In this document: positions 8,710-19,639 of the stretch, piece by piece
How positions within the stretch are numbered: position 1 is the first letter of the stretch
How the letters are laid out: every line of letters begins with the position of its first letter
Assembly (NCBI GenBank): GCA_038727515.1
Contig: JAVYVS010000002.1
Coordinates: 160,001 to 224,000 of the forward strand
From: Candidatus Methanomethylicia archaeon
GTDB taxonomy: Archaea > Thermoproteota > Methanomethylicia > Culexarchaeales > Culexarchaeaceae
DNA length: 64,000 bases
Direction of reading: 5' to 3'
Made by a program: the position numbers and the translations under genes
The notes under the pieces: model-generated
What the model saw: only the letters and a program-made list of their open reading frames with translations
Databases searched by the model: none
Told to the model about the DNA's origin: nothing

Positions 8710-11523
8710 CTATGCTTTTTCACTCCTCCACTTTATTACTATACTTCTAACTAACTTAGCTACTTCATATGCATGCTTCTCTACATCCTCCCCATAGGGT
8801 ATAACTTCAAGTTTAATCTTTGGTTCTTCTTCCATGTATATTTGTATCTTATTTATTGATCCTGATGAACCAATTGTTCCTTGACCAATTCTATAACTAA
8901 ATCTAATAGTTCTATCATCAATTCTCCTCATTCTCTCTACTCCCATAGTGTTATTTAATGATTCCATTAAGTACGTTAATAGTTCTCCTATTTCTTCTAT
9001 TCCAAATCTTATTGGTATTATGAATTCCCATGGTTTATCTAAATCTTGAGGCTTTTTATCAGCTTTCCACCTCATCAATTTTGATGGTGTAACTATTATA
9101 GATGATCTTAAAGCTGGTATTGATCCTGATGCTGCAGTTATAGCTGATATTATTAGTGTGGATATAGCCCAGCTGTATGATACCTTTGGATATACTTCTA
9201 TTGTTAGATTTAGATTGTATGCAATTTTATAGAATGTTAATCCAATTATATATCCTATTCCTCCAGCAATCAACCCTATTATTATTGCTTCAAAGGCAAA
9301 TATTGCTGTTATATGACTTGGATTTAATCCTATGGCTGAAAGTATTGTTACTTCATTCTTCCTTTCATGTACAGATGCCAACATTACAATCCCTATGTTT
9401 GATATGCATATTGCCAATGTAAGCATAGCTTCCAGACCTTTTATATCCATGTAGCTTTGATAGTTTAAGAGGTAGATTTTATTTTGTGTAATTGTTTTAA
9501 CCATGTAGATTCCAGATAATGCTATTCGTTTTGATAGTGAGAAAGCATCTTCTTCATTGATAATTCTTATGTATAGTCTTGCTGGTAGTAGTGAGAATAT
9601 TCTTGAATCTTCTGGTGATACTATAACTGTTTCTATTGGTTCACAATCCATTAATTCTATTCTTACCTCTTCACCTCCCATTACCATTATCAATTTTCCA
9701 GGGGTTAAACTTCTATCATCGTAATCTACTATTGATATAAAATCATCGCTTAATATCCCAGTTACCTCCATTCTCTTTCCACTATTTAACAGTATTATTT
9801 TGTCTCCTATGTTAATATTCAGCTTCTTTGCAGCTTCATTTGTTACTGCTATTTCCCCACTTTTATTTGGTAATCTACCTTTAATCTTCATATTTATCCT
9901 TTGTATTATTGGGTCTGAGGGATTGGTGAAGGCAATAGCTCCATATATGTTTAGTTTATCTTGTACATATGGGTTTATAGCTATTTCTAATGGTGCAAAT
10001 TTTGCTTGACTTTCAAGTTTAAATGAATATTCCCTAGATTTTTCTTCTATTGAGTATGCATCTATTATTGTGGTACTTATTGCTGTGAATTTACTATATC
10101 TCTCTTCTCCAACGCTTCTATATACTATTATTCCTTCAGGTTCATTAACTCTGTTAAATACATTTATCCTTAAACCTTCTTCCACTGAAGCAGATGTTAA
10201 TGCTACAAATCCACCTATTATTATTGTTATTGACATTATTGTTAATATGCTTCTAAGCTTCCTCCTCTTTAAATTCCTCTTTGATATTGATGATATTGAT
10301 GTTATTAAGCTTCTAAGTGAAGCTTCCCCTTTCTCCCCCATATGATTTATGGTTATTGTTAGGATCGTGATTATTATGTATGATGTTGCTGCATATATGT
10401 ACATGAGATTTTGATCTATAGCATTTATTCCTGGATATAATGTCTTGAATACATACACTAGAATTATGAAGGATACTGCTGATGCAATTAAACTGTATCT
10501 TTCTCTATCGAATATTGTTAATCCAATTATTGTTGATGTTAATGTGAGTAGTATGATTATTATTGTTGTTGAACTTGTTGCTTCAGAATATAATTGTGTA
10601 ACTTTATTGTTTATTTCATTTAGAGCTAGTATTGCTTCTCTAATGTTTGAGTAGCATTCATCATACCTCTTTATCCTTAATGCTACTTCTCCATTTTCTA
10701 TTAAATTGATTATATTTGGTATTTTTGATTTATATATTGCTAGATAGAATCCATCTTTCTCTGCTTTCTCAATATTACTTATGGTTTTATTGTATTCTTG
10801 TTTAGCATCAAGTATACTATCCTTTAATGTTATTTCCTGTATTTCAAATATTACAATTTCTCCCTCTAAAAGTTTAATTGGGTTTTTTGTTAAGTTATAA
10901 TACTTCGTGTATACATATCTACCTGCTGTATATAAGACTTCTACTTCCACGGTTACTTCAAAGTTTGCTGGTACAATTATCTTATCGCTTTCTATATCTA
11001 GTGCTATATTCTTCTCCCTTTCTCCAAAGCTTTGTAGGATCTTTGTACCATTTACTTCTAATTTTTGTGTTGAATATATGGTGTATCCCATGATTTTACC
11101 TTTTGATTCACTTCTCGCATCTAAACTCTCTCCTATCACTTTTACTTCTGCTGCTTTTATTAATGTAATTGTAATGTTTAAGTCTCCCTCTACATTTACA
11201 TTAACATAACCTATTGTATAATCTATTGTTGGGGTTTCAATTAGATCTGCTCTTGCATATATTATGTATGTTCCTTGTGGTAGCTTTAGTGTTTTTAATC
11301 CATATTCCAATTTTGTTTTTGTATAGAAGCTGATGGTGTATGGTGTTACATATCTATATATGTATATATTGGAGTTTTCTATTGGTTTTCCATAGGCATC
11401 CACTACCTTTATTGTTACATTGTAGTTTGTTTCAGCATATGTTTTCTGAATTGTTGATGCACATATTATTGATGATATGAGTATTGCAATCAGCATCACT
11501 TTTATTTCTATATTTTTGTCCAT
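8710..11523 (-). CDS. Large secreted-domain FtsX/MacB-like ABC permease
   Basis: Signal peptide, beta-rich extracellular domain, RNLKRRKLRSILT, SVHERKNEVTILSAIGL FtsX motif. Confidence 0.8.
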   Translation of the reverse strand: MDKNIEIKVMLIAILISSIICASTIQKTYAETNYNVTIKVVDAYGKPIENSNIYIYRYVTPYTISFYTKTKLEYGLKTLKLPQGTYIIYARADLIETPTIDYTIGYVNVNVEGDLNITITLIKAAEVKVIGESLDARSESKGKIMGYTIYSTQKLEVNGTKILQSFGEREKNIALDIESDKIIVPANFEVTVEVEVLYTAGRYVYTKYYNLTKNPIKLLEGEIVIFEIQEITLKDSILDAKQEYNKTISNIEKAEKDGFYLAIYKSKIPNIINLIENGEVALRIKRYDECYSNIREAILALNEINNKVTQLYSEATSSTTIIIILLTLTSTIIGLTIFDRERYSLIASAVSFIILVYVFKTLYPGINAIDQNLMYIYAATSYIIITILTITINHMGEKGEASLRSLITSISSISKRNLKRRKLRSILTIMSITIIIGGFVALTSASVEEGLRINVFNRVNEPEGIIVYRSVGEERYSKFTAISTTIIDAYSIEEKSREYSFKLESQAKFAPLEIAINPYVQDKLNIYGAIAFTNPSDPIIQRINMKIKGRLPNKSGEIAVTNEAAKKLNINIGDKIILLNSGKRMEVTGILSDDFISIVDYDDRSLTPGKLIMVMGGEEVRIELMDCEPIETVIVSPEDSRIFSLLPARLYIRIINEEDAFSLSKRIALSGIYMVKTITQNKIYLLNYQSYMDIKGLEAMLTLAICISNIGIVMLASVHERKNEVTILSAIGLNPSHITAIFAFEAIIIGLIAGGIGYIIGLTFYKIAYNLNLTIEVYPKVSYSWAISTLIISAITAASGSIPALRSSIIVTPSKLMRWKADKKPQDLDKPWEFIIPIRFGIEEIGELLTYLMESLNNTMGVERMRRIDDRTIRFSYRIGQGTIGSSGSINKIQIYMEEEPKIKLEVIPYGEDVEKHAYEVAKLVRSIVIKWRSEKA

Positions 11524-11549
11524 TTCTTCAACCTCAAAGGGATGTTTCC

Positions 11550-12626
11550 CTATATTTTTGTTAATAGATTTTTATAGTTTTCTCCACTTATCCTTATTAT
11601 TGTTTCAGCAAGTGCTTTTGCTGTGTTTTCTATATCGGTTATTGAAATTATTTCTGCAGTACTATGCATATATCTTAGTGGTATGGATAGTAGAGCTGTG
11701 GCTACTCCACCTCTTGAAACTTGTATTGCAAATGCATCTGTTCCACTAGGTCCAAATATTGTTTCTATTTGATATGGTATTCCATGTTCTTTACATACTT
11801 CTATTATCAATTCTGATAATTTTGGATGGAAGTTTGGCCCTATTCCTATAGCTGGTCCTCCACCAAGTTTTATTCCTGAAACCCTTTTTTCTGGTACGTT
11901 ATATGATGATGCATGCGTTACATCTATTGTAAAGGCTACATCTGGATTTATCCTATAAGCTGCTGTTGTTGCTCCTCTAAGTCCAAGTTCTTCTTGTGTA
12001 GTGGCTACAGCATATATCTTCTTTTTAACACCTTTATCCATTAATATTTCCATTGCTTTTATCATTGCCACTATTCCTGCTTTATCATCTAATCCTACTC
12101 CAGCAACGTTTCTCCCCTTTCCAATGGGGGTTACTTCAAGTTTTGGTGTAATTACCGTTCCAATGTTTATTCCAAGTTCTAATACTTCACTCTTGCTTTC
12201 TACACCTATATCTATTGCCATATCCTCTATATCTACAACTTTTTCACGTTCTTCAGTTTTCACTAAGTGTATTGGTTTTGCACCTATTACACCAATTATT
12301 GGGCCTTTGCTTCCATGTAATACAACTTTTATTCCATATAGTAATCTTTTATCAAATCCTCTTTGTGTAAAGTATATATACCCTTTTTCATCTATGTGAT
12401 TTACCATTAATCCTATTTGATCCATGTGTGCTGTTATCATTATTTTAGGATCTTCCCCTTCCATGTATCCAATTACATTTCCCATAACATCTACATCCAC
12501 TTTTAAACCCATTTCCCTGAATATTTCCATGATTTTTCTTCCAGTATTTTCTTCATACCCAGATACACTTGGTGTTTTAACTATTTCCTCCAATAATCTT
12601 AACACATCTATCTTCAATCTTCCCAC
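11550..12626 (-). CDS. M42 family aminopeptidase (TET-like)
   Basis: AHMDQIG, LDDKAG, QEELGLRGA, GTDA, IPLRYMHS. Confidence 0.92.
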   Translation of the reverse strand: MGRLKIDVLRLLEEIVKTPSVSGYEENTGRKIMEIFREMGLKVDVDVMGNVIGYMEGEDPKIMITAHMDQIGLMVNHIDEKGYIYFTQRGFDKRLLYGIKVVLHGSKGPIIGVIGAKPIHLVKTEEREKVVDIEDMAIDIGVESKSEVLELGINIGTVITPKLEVTPIGKGRNVAGVGLDDKAGIVAMIKAMEILMDKGVKKKIYAVATTQEELGLRGATTAAYRINPDVAFTIDVTHASSYNVPEKRVSGIKLGGGPAIGIGPNFHPKLSELIIEVCKEHGIPYQIETIFGPSGTDAFAIQVSRGGVATALLSIPLRYMHSTAEIISITDIENTAKALAETIIRISGENYKNLLTKI

Positions 12627-12675
12627 TATTAATGGATAAAATCATTTTATTTTAATCTTTTTCTATTTATTTATT

Positions 12676-13344
12676 TCAATTTTGTTTTGATGTTAAATCC
12701 CTTAAGGCATTTTTCCATGCTAATTTTATGTGGCTTTTTGCATCTTTTAAAGTTATTTCTCCATGTCCTGGGAACATTGAATCTACATCTAATTTTAATA
12801 GTTTCTCTAAGCTTCTCGTAAGCTCCTTTTGATTTCCTGTGGGTAGATCTGTTCTTCCATATAGTCCATTGGCAAATACTAAATCTCCTGTGAATATATT
12901 TTCTTCATGTTTGAAGCATAGACTTCCAGAGGTATGTCCAGGGGTATGTATTGCCTTAATTTTTATTTCTCCAATGCTTATTTCTTCATCTCCATATAAT
13001 GTTTGAACTCTATCTTTATCTATTTTTAAGCTTTCTACGACCACATCTCTATCATTTTTATGTATGTATATCTTTGCTTCTTCATTTTCATATATGAATT
13101 TCTTTAATTCTCTTGTGTGATCTCTATGTCTATGGGTTATCAATATCTTTTTTATATCTTTTATATCTATTTTGAATATGTTTAATGTTTCATTTATATT
13201 TGAATGTGGAGGTCCATATCCAATATCTATTATCGCTTTTTCATCTCTACTCTCTATTATATAAGTATTTGAACTTAAACCATAACTTATAACTGCATAT
13301 ATCTTTAGTTTTTCTGTGGTCTTTGCTTGTACATGTGCATACAT
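12676..13344 (-). CDS. Metallo-beta-lactamase fold hydrolase (glyoxalase II-like)
   Basis: THRHRDH, HTPGHT, FTGD, PGHG. Confidence 0.85.
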   Translation of the reverse strand: MYAHVQAKTTEKLKIYAVISYGLSSNTYIIESRDEKAIIDIGYGPPHSNINETLNIFKIDIKDIKKILITHRHRDHTRELKKFIYENEEAKIYIHKNDRDVVVESLKIDKDRVQTLYGDEEISIGEIKIKAIHTPGHTSGSLCFKHEENIFTGDLVFANGLYGRTDLPTGNQKELTRSLEKLLKLDVDSMFPGHGEITLKDAKSHIKLAWKNALRDLTSKQN

Positions 13345-13394
13345 TTTAATCTGACTATAATTTTGATATTTATATTAATAAATGGTTTGCCATT

Positions 13395-13413
13395 AAAGTA
13401 AAGTTTTTATAAG
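13395..13413 (+). promoter_or_regulatory. Probable BRE/TATA promoter upstream of rps27ae
   Basis: Purine-rich AAAGTAAAG followed by TTTTTATAAG about 35 nt before the start. Confidence 0.4.
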
Positions 13414-13445
13414 AATTATTATTTAAGCTATTGAGGTGTATCTAT

Positions 13446-13601
13446 TTGGCTGATAGGTATAAGCTTTATAAGTATGATTATAGTAGTGGTAAGATAAGCT
13501 TCTTAGGTAGGAAATGTCCTAAATGCGATAGGGTTATGGCTAATCATAAAGATAGATTTTCATGTGGATATTGTGGATACACTATCTTCATTAAATCCTA
13601 A
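13446..13601 (+). CDS. rps27ae: 30S ribosomal protein S27ae (eS31), 51 aa; absent from ORF track
   Basis: GAGGTG RBS, TTG start; MADRYKLYKYDYSSGKISFLGRKCPKCDRVMANHKDRFSCGYCGYTIFIKS zinc ribbon. Confidence 0.93.
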   Translation: MADRYKLYKYDYSSGKISFLGRKCPKCDRVMANHKDRFSCGYCGYTIFIKS

Positions 13602-13610
13602 TTTAAGTTA

Positions 13611-16481
13611 ATGGTTTTGATAGTTATGGTAGAGCTTAAGGGTGCATTTAATCTTCTTGCATTACCAGTTAGGAAGGCTTTGGAGAAGAGGGGATTTGAT
13701 ACTCCTACTGAACCTCAGGAGAAGGCTATACCATTAATACTTGAGGGTAGGAATGTTCTATTAATTTCTCCAACTGCTTCAGGTAAGACTGAAGCTGCAC
13801 TTCTACCAATATTTAGCATGATGTGTGGATTGCATGATCCTGGTGTTAAAACGCTCTATATAACTCCTTTAAGAGCTTTAAATAGGGATTTATTGGAGAG
13901 ATTGGAGTGGTGGGGTAGGGAATTAGGTTTTAGGGTTGCTGTTAGACATGGTGATACTGAGCAATCTGAAAGGGTAGCTCAAGCGAAAATGCCTCCAGAT
14001 TTACTGATTACAACCCCTGAAACCCTGCAGATTATTTTAGCTGGTAGAGTTTTACGTAAAGGTTTATCTTCTTTGAGATGGGTTATTGTTGATGAAGTTC
14101 ATGAACTTGCTGAAGATAAGCGTGGTGTTCAATTATCCATTGCTTTAGAACGTTTAAGGAAGCTTATTGGACGTGATTTTCAAATAGTTGGTTTATCTGC
14201 AACTATAGGTAGCCCTGAGATTGTGGGTAGATTCCTTGTGGGTGTTGGTAGAAGTATTGATATAGTTAAAGTTTCAGTGGCTAAACTTATGAAGCTTAGC
14301 ATCTTCTTCCCCGAACCTAAGCATGAAGATTATGATCTTGCAGCTAAACTTTATACTCATCCAGATGTTTCAGCTAGATTGAGATTTATGAGAGAACTTA
14401 TTGAGAAATATAATTCTGTATTATTATTTGTTAATACTAGAGCTATTGCAGAAGTTTTAGCTTCTAGATTTAAAGTTTGGGATATTGATTTTCCAATTAG
14501 TGTTCATCATGGTTCATTATCTAAGCCTTCTAGAGTTGCTGCTGAAAGAGGTTTAAAGAATGGTGATTTAAAGGGCCTTATATGTACATCATCTCTTGAG
14601 CTTGGAATTGATGTAGGTAGAATCGACTTAGTTATTCAATACATGTCTCCTAGACAGGTTACTAGACTTATTCAACGTGTGGGTAGAGCTGGTCATGGTA
14701 TTGGTAGAATTTCTAATGGTGTTATTGTAACTGCAGATCCAGATGATACTCTTGAAGCTATGGCTATATGTAGAGCTGCATTAAATGAAGAACTTGAATC
14801 TGTAAAGATCCCTGAGAAACCTCTTGACGTTTTATGTCATCAAATATCTTCTTTATTGATGTATAAGAAGAGGTGGAATTTTGACGAAATTTTAGAGGTT
14901 CTTAAGGGTGCATATCCATACTCAAATATTTGTATTGATGATCTAATTGGCGTTTTGAATTATATGCATAATAGATATCCTAGACTTGCATGGATATCAT
15001 TTGAAGATAAAATTGTACTTGCACCTAAGAATAGTAGAAATGTGTATGAATACTTTTTTGAGAATCTATCTATGATTCCAGATGAAAAGAAGTATTTAGT
15101 GATTAATACTGATGATAATATTCCAATAGGATTTCTAGATGAAGTTTTTGTTTCTGAATATGGTGATCCAGGTAGGAAATTTGTTTTTAGAGGTAGTTTA
15201 TGGAAGATAAGGGAGATTGTTGGTGATAGAATATATGTTTCTCCAGATAATGATCCAGTTGGAGCTATTCCAAGCTGGGTGGGTGAAGAGATTCCAGTTC
15301 CCTATGCTATTGCTCAAGAAGTTGGATGGATTAGAGGTTATGTTGCATCTAAAATTAATTCTGGAGCTTCCATAGATGATATCATATCTGATTTAAAGGG
15401 TAAATATCCAATTGAGAAGGAATCTCTTAGGAGGGCTTTAGATCATATCTTTGAACATGTTAAGAGGGGGTTGCCAGTTCCTTCTGATAAGATTGTTACT
15501 TTAGAGAAGTGGGGTGAACTTATAATTTTAACAACACATCTAGGTTTACTTGCAAATAGAGCTTTATCTAGAATTCTCGGTGATGCTATGTCTGAATTTT
15601 TGGGGCATTCAGTAGAAATTCAAGAAGATCCATATAGGGTTGTTGTAAAGGCTTCTGAAGATATTAGTTTAAATGATGTTATTGAAATTTTAAAGAAGCT
15701 TAGTGAATCTAATGTTAGAGATTTATTGATTAAATTGGCTGAGAGATCTGGATTGTTTAAGTATAGGCTTATACATGTTGCTAGGAGATTTGGAGCTTTA
15801 TCTAAGGATATGGATGTTGCTAGTATGGGTATTCATAGGTTTATAGAGCTTTTTAAGGGTTCAGCTGTTTATGATGAAGCTTTAAAAGAGTATTTATCTA
15901 TGGATGTGGATGCTGATAGAGTTCAATCTTTCTTGAAGGAATTATTCTCTGGAGTTAGAGAGTTAAAATCCTTTGAAACAAGTGATTTATCACCTATATC
16001 TAGAGTTGGATTAGAGAAGATTTCTATGAGGAGTGAGATAATACCTCCTGAAAGATTGAGGAAAGTTTTAATTGAAGCTACTAAAGCTAGACTCCTAAAT
16101 GAAGTTAGATTCTTTATTTGTACTGAAAATTGGGATTGGTGGAAGCCTATTAGGATAAAGGATTTAAGTGATGAAATCAGATGTGAAGTTTGCGGTTCAA
16201 AATTTGTTTCACCATTAGATGTGGATGAGAGGATTTTGAATAGTATAGTTAGTAAACGTGGTTCTAAACTTAATAGTGATGAGAAGAGAATTGTTGAAGA
16301 AGCTTTAGAGAATGCAGAATTAATAGCTACTTATGGTAAATTGGCTGCAATAGCTCTTGCGGGTAGAGGTGTTAATGCTGGGAGTGTTAAGTCAATTCTT
16401 GAATCTTTTAGAAATGATTCAGATGCATTTTATGAAAAGATTATGGAAGCAGAGAGGAAAGCTTTAAGAAGAGGATTCTAA
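13611..16481 (+). CDS. lhr: Lhr-family SF2 helicase (copy 1)
   Basis: PTASGKT, ITPLRALNRD, TTPETLQ, DEVH, SAT, SSLELGID, QRVGRAGH; C-terminal Zn-ribbon/HhH-like region. Confidence 0.9.
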   Translation: MVLIVMVELKGAFNLLALPVRKALEKRGFDTPTEPQEKAIPLILEGRNVLLISPTASGKTEAALLPIFSMMCGLHDPGVKTLYITPLRALNRDLLERLEWWGRELGFRVAVRHGDTEQSERVAQAKMPPDLLITTPETLQIILAGRVLRKGLSSLRWVIVDEVHELAEDKRGVQLSIALERLRKLIGRDFQIVGLSATIGSPEIVGRFLVGVGRSIDIVKVSVAKLMKLSIFFPEPKHEDYDLAAKLYTHPDVSARLRFMRELIEKYNSVLLFVNTRAIAEVLASRFKVWDIDFPISVHHGSLSKPSRVAAERGLKNGDLKGLICTSSLELGIDVGRIDLVIQYMSPRQVTRLIQRVGRAGHGIGRISNGVIVTADPDDTLEAMAICRAALNEELESVKIPEKPLDVLCHQISSLLMYKKRWNFDEILEVLKGAYPYSNICIDDLIGVLNYMHNRYPRLAWISFEDKIVLAPKNSRNVYEYFFENLSMIPDEKKYLVINTDDNIPIGFLDEVFVSEYGDPGRKFVFRGSLWKIREIVGDRIYVSPDNDPVGAIPSWVGEEIPVPYAIAQEVGWIRGYVASKINSGASIDDIISDLKGKYPIEKESLRRALDHIFEHVKRGLPVPSDKIVTLEKWGELIILTTHLGLLANRALSRILGDAMSEFLGHSVEIQEDPYRVVVKASEDISLNDVIEILKKLSESNVRDLLIKLAERSGLFKYRLIHVARRFGALSKDMDVASMGIHRFIELFKGSAVYDEALKEYLSMDVDADRVQSFLKELFSGVRELKSFETSDLSPISRVGLEKISMRSEIIPPERLRKVLIEATKARLLNEVRFFICTENWDWWKPIRIKDLSDEIRCEVCGSKFVSPLDVDERILNSIVSKRGSKLNSDEKRIVEEALENAELIATYGKLAAIALAGRGVNAGSVKSILESFRNDSDAFYEKIMEAERKALRRGF

Positions 16482-16537
16482 TCTTCTAAATGCAAATATT
16501 TAATTAAATGGATTCAAATTATAGTTTGGTGTAATCT

Positions 16538-16801
16538 TTGGATGATGTAAGTTTAAAGGAGGCTGTAATGGAAAAGCTGAAGGAGGTAATAGATCCAGAG
16601 GTTGGTTTAAGTATTGTGGATATGGGTTTAATTAAGGATGTATCCATAGTTTCTGAAGGAAAAGTTAAGATTAAGATGAGTTTAACAGTTCCATCTTTCA
16701 TGTGTCCCTTAGCTAGATATCTCATTCAAAATGTTAAAATAGCTGCTGAATCTGTTCCTGGAGTTAAGGAAGTTGAAGTAGAGTTGATAGAGCCATTTTA
16801 A
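16538..16801 (+). CDS. DUF59/SufT-like metal-sulfur cluster assembly factor
   Basis: VIDPEVGLSIVDMGLI...LT..CP. Confidence 0.9.
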   Translation: MDDVSLKEAVMEKLKEVIDPEVGLSIVDMGLIKDVSIVSEGKVKIKMSLTVPSFMCPLARYLIQNVKIAAESVPGVKEVEVELIEPF

Positions 16802-16835
16802 CATCATTAATTTAAATTTGAGTTTCTAATATTTT

Positions 16836-19634
16836 TTGGTGTTTTTTCTGTCAATTAATTTAATACATGAATCCCTAAAACCACATTTATTCAAAGTTTT
16901 TACTCCCATTCAAGAGATCGCTATCCCTAGAATTTTAGCTGGTGAAGATTTATTATTGATTAGTCCTACTGGTGGAGGTAAAACTGAAGCTGCATTTATA
17001 CCAATTCTAAGTTTATATCTAGATTTTAAAGATAAATTTGGTATTGTCCCTGGAATTCACATCCTATACATAACTCCACTTAGAGCTTTAAATAGGGATA
17101 TTCTTAAGAGGATGAAGAATTGGTGTAACAAAGTTAATGTGGGAATTGATATTCGTCATGGTGATACACCATCTTCTATTAGACGTTTACAACTTAAGTA
17201 TCCTCCTGAAATCCTAGTTACAACCCCTGAAACTCTTCAAGCTATTTTACCTTCAAGTGGTATGAGGAATTGGTTGAAAACCGTTAAATGGGTTATTATT
17301 GATGAAGTTCACAATCTAATTAAAAGTAAGCGTGGTATTCAGTTATCCATAGCCTTAGAACGTTTAAAGCTTATCTCAAGTAAATTTCAATTAATTCTAC
17401 TTTCAGCTACAGTTCCAAATTCAGATTATGTTGCTAAGTTTTTTGGAGGTAATGTTAAAATTGTTGTTGACCCATCTATTAAACCCTATGAATTTCATGT
17501 AGAAAATCCATTTCCATCACAATCTGATTTTGAGTATAGTGTTAAGTGGATGTGCACCCCAATAGTTGCTTCTAGGATTAGGTATATGATTGATTTAATT
17601 AATAATTCAAGATCTACCATTATATTTGTTAATTGTCGTGAATATGCTGAATACATTAGTAGTAGGCTTAGAATTGCTGGTTTAGATGTTTATTCTCATC
17701 ATAGCTCTCTCTCTAGGGAAGTTAGAGAAATAATTGAATCTAAATTTAAATTTGGAGAGTTAAAGTGTATTGTTGCTACATCTTCTCTAGAACTTGGTAT
17801 AGATATTGGTTCTGTAGATTTAATAATTCAATATCTATCCCCAAGGCAAGTTTCCACACTTATACAACGTGTAGGTAGAAGTGGACATTTTATCGATAAG
17901 GTTTCTAGAGGTTATATCATTTGTAGTGGTTTTGATGATGTTATGGAAAGTATGGTTATTTGTAAGATGGCTTTAAATGGTGAATTGGAAGATTTATTTA
18001 CCCATGAAAATGCATTAGATGTTTTAGCTCATCAAATTGTTGGTTTAGCTCTTGATATGGGTGCAATTAGCGTTGTTGATGCATATAATATTATTAGGAG
18101 AGCTTATCCATATAGGAATCTTGATTTTACATCCTTCTTAAAAGTTTTAGATTTTACTTCTAATTTGGGTTTAGTAAAATTTGATGATGAATTCATACGA
18201 CCATCTAAAAGTAGTAGGAAGTATTATTATGAGCATCTATCAACTATTGTTGAAGAAATAAAGTTTCCAGTGAAATTGGAGTCTACTGGTGAAGATCTAG
18301 GTTTTCTAGGTGAAGACTTCTTTTCTGAATATGCTAGACCTGGAGTTAAATTGATTTTACGTGGTAGACCTTGGATTATAAGTAGGATTAGTGATTTTGA
18401 AGTTTATGTTAATCCATCATCTGATTATATGGCTGCTATACCTGGATGGGAAGGTGAAGTTCTACCTACACCTAGGAAGATAGCGTTAAAAGTTGGTTCT
18501 TTAAGTGGTAGGATATATGATATGTGGATTAAAGGTGCTTCAATTGATGATATAACTTCTAATTTATCTATGGAATATCCATTTGGTTTTAATGCTCTTA
18601 AATCTGCAGTTAAATATTTTATTGATTACTTGAATATGGGTTATCCACCACCAACAGATGATAGTATTGTTATAGAGTCTTTTGATAGGTTTATTGTAGT
18701 ACATTCATGTAATGGTCATGGTGTAAATAGGAGTTTAGCTAAGATTATTAGTGCATATTTAAAGGAGAAGTTTAATGTTAATTGTATATTTAGAGTTGAT
18801 GCTTATAGAATTCTCTTTATGGTTCCTGAGGGTATTGATGGTAAGATTATAGGTGAGGTTATATTAAATTTAAATTTTGAAGACGCTTTGAAATTTCTAT
18901 ATCTTAATGTTGATCCATATATTATTAGACATGTAGCTTTGAAATTTAATGCTATTCCACGTGGAATGTATTATAAGACAACAAGCTACTTAATACATTT
19001 ACCACAATACTTTGCTAATACTCCAGTTTATGATGAAGCATATAGATTTGAACTCGTAGAGCATTTTGATTTTAATGGTTTAAGGGATTTCATAAATTCC
19101 TTAAGAAATAACTCTATACATGTACATATTCTAGATAAATCCAATAATCCATCAATTCTTGCTCTTCCAATAATTGAAATAGGTGATTTACTATCATTGA
19201 CAAGTGAAGAATATTTTGCCAATACTATATTTCATAAAGTTGTAGATTTATTATGTATGGATTGTTTAAAGATTTGGAGAGTTATGGTTAAAGATGTATC
19301 TGAACCTATAAATTGTCCTTATTGCAATTCCAAAAATATATCATTGATTAAATGGCGTATTCAAGAAGTTTTAAAGGTTCTTGAGAAATTTAAATCTAAC
19401 AATACTCTAAGTGATGATGAGGAATATCTACTCGCTTATTGTAAAATGTCATCTGATTTAATATCTATCTATGGTAAGAAGGCCATTATAGCTTTAGCTG
19501 TTAGAGGGATAGGTCCTTTAACAGCCTATCAAATTTTAGCTAAAATGCATAAAAGTTTAAATGATTTATTTAAGGATCTTATGGAGGCTATGAAGGAATA
19601 CATGGAGACTAGAGAATTTTGGAGTGAAAAATGA
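16836..19634 (+). CDS. lhr: Lhr-family SF2 helicase (copy 2)
   Basis: PTGGGKT, DEVH, SAT, SSLELGID, QRVGRSGH; CMDC...CPYC; AVRGIGP. Confidence 0.88.
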   Translation: MVFFLSINLIHESLKPHLFKVFTPIQEIAIPRILAGEDLLLISPTGGGKTEAAFIPILSLYLDFKDKFGIVPGIHILYITPLRALNRDILKRMKNWCNKVNVGIDIRHGDTPSSIRRLQLKYPPEILVTTPETLQAILPSSGMRNWLKTVKWVIIDEVHNLIKSKRGIQLSIALERLKLISSKFQLILLSATVPNSDYVAKFFGGNVKIVVDPSIKPYEFHVENPFPSQSDFEYSVKWMCTPIVASRIRYMIDLINNSRSTIIFVNCREYAEYISSRLRIAGLDVYSHHSSLSREVREIIESKFKFGELKCIVATSSLELGIDIGSVDLIIQYLSPRQVSTLIQRVGRSGHFIDKVSRGYIICSGFDDVMESMVICKMALNGELEDLFTHENALDVLAHQIVGLALDMGAISVVDAYNIIRRAYPYRNLDFTSFLKVLDFTSNLGLVKFDDEFIRPSKSSRKYYYEHLSTIVEEIKFPVKLESTGEDLGFLGEDFFSEYARPGVKLILRGRPWIISRISDFEVYVNPSSDYMAAIPGWEGEVLPTPRKIALKVGSLSGRIYDMWIKGASIDDITSNLSMEYPFGFNALKSAVKYFIDYLNMGYPPPTDDSIVIESFDRFIVVHSCNGHGVNRSLAKIISAYLKEKFNVNCIFRVDAYRILFMVPEGIDGKIIGEVILNLNFEDALKFLYLNVDPYIIRHVALKFNAIPRGMYYKTTSYLIHLPQYFANTPVYDEAYRFELVEHFDFNGLRDFINSLRNNSIHVHILDKSNNPSILALPIIEIGDLLSLTSEEYFANTIFHKVVDLLCMDCLKIWRVMVKDVSEPINCPYCNSKNISLIKWRIQEVLKVLEKFKSNNTLSDDEEYLLAYCKMSSDLISIYGKKAIIALAVRGIGPLTAYQILAKMHKSLNDLFKDLMEAMKEYMETREFWSEK

Positions 19635-19639
19635 TGTTT

